A DNA stretch of 63,556 nucleotides, filler included, from Reticulomyxa filosa (lineage: Eukaryota > Protista > Foraminifera): assembly GCA_000512085.1 (NCBI GenBank). It is 19 parts of 19 records of this genome, joined end to end, with 100 filler letters (N's around TTAATTAATTAA, not from the genome) between each part and the next. Parts side by side here need not be neighbours in the genome. Positions count along the whole stretch, not along the records: positions 61,028 to 63,556 come from ASPP01017175.1; 18 more parts are not named here. One strand, given 5' to 3'. A program made the position numbers and the translations under genes. Position 1 is the stretch's first letter; the number at the start of each line of letters is the position of its first letter. The notes beneath the pieces were generated by a model. It was not told where the DNA came from, did no database searches, and was given only the letters and a program-made list of their open reading frames with translations. Positions 61,091 through 63,556 of the stretch are shown here, piece by piece.

Positions 61091-61801
61091 TTAACTCGAA
61101 TCAATCTGCTCCTTCAACATTACACTTGTGCTCGGCAGGCTGTCCACTGGCTTCACTGGCAACGCCTTGGCCTTTTGTGTCTTGCGCTTTCGCAAGGGCA
61201 AATGCATTCGTATAGACTGCATGCTGTTGACGAGGAAAGTAATCATCAACTGATAAATGTTTTTTGCAAACAAACGAATGACTGCAATCGCACACAAAAT
61301 ATCCAATGCAATTGCCACCATCGTCAAAATAAACCACAACACTGGGGACTTGCTGTTGTTTCCCATTGCACTCGTTGCCGCAAAGATACAGGCCACGGCG
61401 ATTATCGACACTCCTAACAATCCCCCGATCGCACGCAATCGGTTCACTGAATATTCGTAAATCGTCGTGAAAAATGTGTAATGCACACGGAGTAAACATA
61501 TTATATACAACATCCATTTCCCACTCATTGTAAAAAGGAACCACACTATTAAAGGTATCGACGATCCCTTCCCCATTCTTATCTCCTTATTTGTTATCAG
61601 GAACACTGTATTCGATATCGATGCCAACAAATACGATAGTAGACATAACAAGTTACTCAGCCGTAATGGATTTTGAGCTTTTTTCTCTTGTCGAGAATTA
61701 CAATACATGTTTCTCAAAAAGTTCACAAAACACACACTTATCAGCACCACCACCGCAATGTAAATTATTATTGGCAACAAGAAAGCGTCAACTGTTACCA
61801 T
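61091..61801 (-). CDS. Multi-pass membrane protein, GPCR-like (about 5 TM helices visible, probably truncated)
   Basis: Five hydrophobic segments; LLRVHYTFFTTIYEYS after TM3; basic loop after TM5. Confidence 0.6.
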   Translation of the reverse strand: MVTVDAFLLPIIIYIAVVVLISVCFVNFLRNMYCNSRQEKKAQNPLRLSNLLCLLSYLLASISNTVFLITNKEIRMGKGSSIPLIVWFLFTMSGKWMLYIICLLRVHYTFFTTIYEYSVNRLRAIGGLLGVSIIAVACIFAATSAMGNNSKSPVLWFILTMVAIALDILCAIAVIRLFAKNIYQLMITFLVNSMQSIRMHLPLRKRKTQKAKALPVKPVDSLPSTSVMLKEQIDSS

Positions 61802-62590
61802 TTTAGCTTTAGTTTCTTCTTGTTCTTCTCTTTTCTTTTTTTTTTTTTTTTTAATCAAAACGTTGACTCGAAATTATACAAGTCAAAGTGAACAAGAACG
61901 TTAAACTACTAAGGGAAAAAGTTCGTCGGCTTGTTACACCGGCAATTGCAATAATTCATGTTTCCAAAACAGTTACCACCACTCTCGTTTCCAAAAATAG
62001 CAGGATTTTAATGATTTCACAAGAAAGAGCAAAAATCCTGCAGCGAATCTATTATCTTTCATGTAACCATATTTGTTACTTTTTTTAAATGTTACTTTTA
62101 AATTGCATTTTAGTGATTAAATTGAAATGGAAACTTTGTTAAAGGAAATTTTTTCCTTCATGCTTTAACTACTTTGAATGTACTGTGACCTGCATCTCAA
62201 TTGTTTTTTTTGTTTGAGGGTCGTTTTTTAATATTGGTCTGTTATGTTGTAACAGTCGAATTTTTCACTATTAGCAATTAACACATAGAAAAACGACACA
62301 TATTGAAAACAACAAAGTTAGACAACAATGAATTGTTCAAAAATAGAGCAACGCAATTGAGATATAGAAAATACAAGAAAATAATCCAATCGAAAACGAC
62401 AAGTGTTCAAAAAACTACAAACAAAAAAAACATGACTTGGTGCAACGCTTGCACATCCATCCTTTCACCCGCAACTTTTTGTTCTGACAATGATATGTCA
62501 TTTGTCTTTTGAAGAAACGAAAACGAAAGGGTCTTTTTTTAAGAAATGAAACTAAGTGTGTGAAAAGCGTATATTTAGAAAAAAAAAAGA

Positions 62591-63514
62591 ATGCAACATT
62601 CTCAATTTACGACCTCACACAGCGTTCAAAAAGAAGGACATGTATTAATGTTGGTACCAAGCCAATTCCGGCGTCGGTTGAAATGGAAAGAGCAAAAATT
62701 GACCCTATACAAAACAGGGATGATGTCATGGACAAGTGTGGAGACGCAATCGTCTAAAAAAAGTGAGCGAAAGAAAAAGAGGCAGCAGCACTTGGGTCAT
62801 TTGAATCTGAAAGAAATAGGTTCATTGAGTATGGACAATGAATTGCCAGTAACGATATGTCATCGGTGTAATAAGAAAAGAAAGGATAAGCAGTTGAAGC
62901 AGAAAAAAAGAGAAAAGCAAAAGGAGCCCAGCTTCGCAAGTGAGAAAGAATTGCCAGAAGAAAGCGAGAAAAAATGGCACCACTTTGGAATTTTTTTAAA
63001 ATCGCAAAGCTCGAAACAAGACATATATATTGCCATATGTACAGAAAAGGAACAAATGGAATGGTTGAATGCCTTTCACCTGGCGTTGTATTTTATCCAA
63101 AACGAAACGCGCATGAAAGAGTTGTTGCAATTGTTTCCTGATGGTTCATCGATACGTAAACGTATACTAGAAAGTTTGACCAACATGAGCAAAGGCAATG
63201 GTCCTACTAGTGCTAGTGGAGCAGCAGATAGCGTTTCGAATTGGTCCGAGTTTTCCGTGTGGGATGAGTATTTGGAAATGGCGAATGAGTTGGCATTGTT
63301 GCAGCAATTGGATAAAGCAGAGACAATGTACGAGGTTCTGATTGAAGTCGAGTGTTCCATTCAGCAGTCGAAGCGGACTGACTGTACAGATTGGCACGAG
63401 CTGCACGAATCCTATGAATTCTTTTTATCTCATTACTTGCATCAGCCAAGAAAAGCAGAGAGCCATTTTTTGAAGTTGTTTTTTTTTTTAAATTTTATTT
63501 TTATCCTCAAATAA
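62591..63514 (+). CDS. PH-domain protein with downstream TPR-like helices; 3'-truncated
   Basis: KEGHVLML..KWKEQKLTLY..GHLNL..HFGI..EKEQMEWLNAF (PH pattern); DKAETMYEVLI and HESYEFFLSHYLHQPRKAESHF (TPR-like). Confidence 0.65.
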   Translation: MQHSQFTTSHSVQKEGHVLMLVPSQFRRRLKWKEQKLTLYKTGMMSWTSVETQSSKKSERKKKRQQHLGHLNLKEIGSLSMDNELPVTICHRCNKKRKDKQLKQKKREKQKEPSFASEKELPEESEKKWHHFGIFLKSQSSKQDIYIAICTEKEQMEWLNAFHLALYFIQNETRMKELLQLFPDGSSIRKRILESLTNMSKGNGPTSASGAADSVSNWSEFSVWDEYLEMANELALLQQLDKAETMYEVLIEVECSIQQSKRTDCTDWHELHESYEFFLSHYLHQPRKAESHFLKLFFFLNFIFILK

Positions 63515-63515
63515 A

Positions 63516-63556
<41 letters not shown>

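Overview
This window is not one locus. It is 19 contigs joined by 18 artificial 100-nt spacers (44 N + TTAATTAATTAA + 44 N), so adjacency across a spacer means nothing. Seventeen contigs are AT-rich eukaryotic DNA with short GT-AG introns, poly-A/T tracts, Asn/Gln microsatellites and many pseudogenes. The style and one recognisable amplified gene-family fragment suggest the foraminiferan Reticulomyxa filosa (inference). Recognisable eukaryotic genes: LigB/DODA dioxygenase, L-threonine 3-dehydrogenase, PRCC, a giant triple-SAM protein resembling VLIG/GBP-type large GTPases, p24/TMED, an EF-hand-like protein, an NSD-type PHD/C5HCH protein, a MAP kinase, a kinesin remnant, SDE2, a multi-TM receptor-like protein and a PH+TPR protein. 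Two GC-rich contigs are bacterial: a betaproteobacterial lipoprotein plus nadD-rsfS-rlmH, and a Verrucomicrobia-like dnaE. The best leads are mostly split across frames or absent from the ORF track: (1) a decayed intronless viral-type BRO-N + T5orf172 gene; (2) the SAM x3 giant GTPase-like protein; (3) a coiled-coil gene with a lamin-like rod-end/SP/NLS signature; (4) an SDE2-CCCH gene whose lesions are mostly A-for-G; (5) a hidden chromodomain behind a FAR1-like motif; (6) a Tc1 remnant and two foldback/MITE elements; (7) a structured rsfS-rlmH intergenic RNA. All family calls are by eye, from motif recognition; no searches were run.
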